A stretch of DNA of 59,149 nucleotides from a virus (lineage: Duplodnaviria; Caudoviricetes). Positions 57,260 to 59,149 of this stretch are shown piece by piece. The stretch lies in the IMG/VR virus record IMGVR_UViG_3300024518_001350, positions 1-59,149 of that record. The stretch is one strand, 5' to 3'. The position numbers were made by a program, and so were the translations under genes. Within the stretch, counting starts at the first letter, position 1. Each line of letters begins with the position of its first letter. Below the pieces are notes generated by a model, which was not told the origin of the DNA, searched no databases, and was given only the letters and a program-made list of their open reading frames with translations.

Positions 57260-57535
57260 TTAGAACCGCTCATGGTTGTCGAGAGTGTCATTAAAGGTTG
57301 CGTAGACACAATTGCCACGAGTGACAACAGTAAAGTCAGCGCTCCACTTCTTCCTGATATTAGAAGCTGAAGTCAAGGCACTGGAAGCAGAGGAATACTG
57401 CTTAATGCGTGCAGACTTACCGGGTGAACTTCTCAGTGCATCCTGTGTCTGTGTATGCCAATGGTTCCTTGAGTCAGTCCTATCGGGGATCTCTTCCCAT
57501 ACGAATGTATTATCAGCCTTGTTTCGAGTTGTCAT
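57260..57535 (-). CDS. hypothetical protein
   Basis: RBS AAGGA; co-oriented. Confidence 0.65.
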   Translation of the reverse strand: MTTRNKADNTFVWEEIPDRTDSRNHWHTQTQDALRSSPGKSARIKQYSSASSALTSASNIRKKWSADFTVVTRGNCVYATFNDTLDNHERF

Positions 57536-57547
57536 TTTGTTTCCTTT

Positions 57548-57889
57548 TTAGTTTATGAATGAACTTTCACTTAGAGTAGAGTTTATTTCTTCTATTGTTA
57601 TTACTTCTGTTTGCTTTATATCATCTATCATTTCATAAAGCAAGTTGACCAACGCTCTTACTGATTCTTTATCTTCTCCTTCCTTGTCATATATTATAGT
57701 AGTAGAGTCTATGCTTAAATCAGGTGCATCATTGACTGCCATGATAAGGTTATCATCATATTCCTTACCTATTACCTTATAGTGTTCAACACCCATTTCT
57801 TGTTGATCACTATTGTTTTCATCTAGATAAAATACTTGTGCAACATAATACAAGTCACCATCCTTGACTACCTTATACTTCCATATCAT
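57548..57889 (-). CDS. acidic hypothetical protein
   Basis: RBS AGGAG. Confidence 0.65.
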   Translation of the reverse strand: MIWKYKVVKDGDLYYVAQVFYLDENNSDQQEMGVEHYKVIGKEYDDNLIMAVNDAPDLSIDSTTIIYDKEGEDKESVRALVNLLYEMIDDIKQTEVITIEEINSTLSESSFIN

Positions 57890-57914
57890 ACAACATACTC
57901 CTTAACTACTAAAG

Positions 57915-57990
57915 TGGTGGACCCTCTCAGATTTGAACTGAGAACCATCCAGTTATGAGCCGGGTGCTCTAACCATTGAGCTAAGGGTCC
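57915..57990 (-). tRNA. tRNA(CAU), probably Ile2 (lysidine type) rather than Met
   Basis: GGACCCTTAGCTCAATGGTTAGAGC...CTCATAA...ACCA resembles bacterial Ile2; G1-C72 pair and no initiator GGG/CCC stem. Confidence 0.85.
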
Positions 57991-58014
57991 GTAAGTCATT
58001 GTTTTATATAACCT

Positions 58015-58236
58015 TTAAGGTTTCTGTGATCCGCTGGGGTGGTCGCTCGACGAGCCTAGCACACTCGCCGGACGAGTGCAAACGGCGGGTACCAGTTGGA
58101 ATTGTGACCATGTAACCATACAGTTACTACATACTAGCTGTTCATCAAACTTATGTTTATGTTTATTAGTATGGCAATCACATTTGTTTACAAACTTAAT
58201 TTTACCGGGTGTACTATGTCTGCTTATCTCTTCCAT
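58015..58236 (-). CDS. small Cys/His-containing hypothetical protein
   Basis: Overlaps the HTH gene end; C-terminus overlaps a promoter. Confidence 0.4.
   Translation of the reverse strand: MEEISRHSTPGKIKFVNKCDCHTNKHKHKFDEQLVCSNCMVTWSQFQLVPAVCTRPASVLGSSSDHPSGSQKP
58053..58082 (-). promoter_or_regulatory. sigma70-like promoter overlapped by a CIRCE-like inverted repeat
   Basis: TTGCAC-N17-TAGGCT; CTAGCACAC-N9-GAGTGCAAA. Confidence 0.55.
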
Positions 58237-58592
58237 GCTTGGTTCCTTATGATCCTTGAGATTGCCTGTTGACTTACGTTAAAATGTTTAGCTAGGTATG
58301 CCTGAGTTACACCTCCCTTATTATATCTAGCAATTATAACCTTGACCTCTGCCTCAGTAAGTTTACTCTTACCATTACCTTCACCCCTTAGGTTAGGCTG
58401 TGGCTTTACGTCATGGCTTAGTCTGTAAATAGATTTCTTCATGCTATCTCCTATGCTTTGAAGTTTTATTAGTGTAGGTTTCTTTATATAACTTGCCAAC
58501 CTTTCTTGCAAAGTTATAATCATAACAGATCGCAACAATAAACCACGTTCCGCTGGTCCCATTGCATTCCACAATGTATCCATTGAAGTCAT
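58224..58592 (-). CDS. HTH DNA-binding protein
   Basis: RGEGNGKSKLTEAEV...QAYLAKHFNVSQQAISRIIRNQAWK. Confidence 0.75.
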   Translation of the reverse strand: MTSMDTLWNAMGPAERGLLLRSVMIITLQERLASYIKKPTLIKLQSIGDSMKKSIYRLSHDVKPQPNLRGEGNGKSKLTEAEVKVIIARYNKGGVTQAYLAKHFNVSQQAISRIIRNQAWKR

Positions 58593-58633
58593 CTATTTCT
58601 TTTTTGATTCTGGTTTTCATAATATTACTTACA

Positions 58634-58993
58634 TTATGCTTTGAAATGTTCTTCATGTATAGTTTCGTATCCATCATGATCAGTTATATAAGATACCATT
58701 AGTATCCTTGCTGGTATTGTGATAATTTTCAGGTCAGCATGGAGTCCAGATGCTTTCTTTTCACCATAACTTTCAATGCATTCAATAAGAAACCTATGAC
58801 TCCTCATCATAACTGAACTGCAATCAGCAAAATCATCTACTGCACCAAAATGATTATAGTCCCAGTACCATCTAGCATCTGGATCACTGGTATTGGAGTT
58901 AGTCTTACAATGCATATAGTCCATGAAATTATTACTGAGGGCATAGCCTCCGTATCCCTTATTCAAAACTATCTTACATTTTCTCTCAGTCAT
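58634..58993 (-). CDS. phage hypothetical protein
   Basis: KIVLNKGYGGYALS...DHDGYETIHE; RBS AGGAG. Confidence 0.75.
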   Translation of the reverse strand: MTERKCKIVLNKGYGGYALSNNFMDYMHCKTNSNTSDPDARWYWDYNHFGAVDDFADCSSVMMRSHRFLIECIESYGEKKASGLHADLKIITIPARILMVSYITDHDGYETIHEEHFKA

Positions 58994-59149
58994 TTCGTTT
59001 CTCCTACTCTGTAGATTAGTACCCTATATGACGCTATACTGGTACATATTAACTACCCCTGGGGTACTCATTTTGGCAGCTAAAAATGGTGAAGATTTTA
59101 CATTAAAGTCTCCTTCAGATCTCATTAAAATTGATGTTAAAGATTTTAA

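Noticed and set aside
57915-58005. attP site at the tRNA with the adjacent TAAGTCATTG motif
   Set aside because: No integrase is recognised and the tRNA is intact with its own promoter
59000-59149. Direct terminal repeat with the window start
   Set aside because: No sequence identity seen between the two ends

Overview
Tailed dsDNA phage genome, or most of one (about 59 kb), with podovirus-type morphogenesis and probably a Gram-negative host. The + strand (0.8-45.1 kb) carries, in order: a lysis cassette (overlapping spanin pair, M15 endolysin), TerL, portal, GroES, scaffold, Mu-gpT-like major capsid protein followed by a pseudoknot RNA, head-tail proteins, three tail fibre genes, a nozzle, ejection proteins, a 4023-aa polyvalent protein, a metallophosphoesterase and a ClpP-like protease. 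The right arm is mostly on the - strand: Sak, an SSB-like protein, a PD-(D/E)xK nuclease, three tRNAs (Leu-UAA, Arg-UCU, Ile2-CAU), an AAA/DUF3150/VWA-peptidase trio and HTH proteins; RusA and a primase-helicase lie on the + strand there. No DNA polymerase, integrase, reverse transcriptase or CRISPR array was recognised. The most notable observation is that the giant protein is cut into cargo modules (GHKL+zincin, ART-like, GNAT-like, unknown) by a recurring EKGKASR linker partly conserved at DNA level, suggesting a swappable and possibly proteolytically released effector array. Other observations: an unannotated 25-aa (CxC)3 micropeptide coupled between terL and portal, a phased CATATG repeat array, a candidate sRNA, and a tail fibre apparently split across a 50-nt gap. 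All family assignments are by-eye motif recognition; no searches were run.
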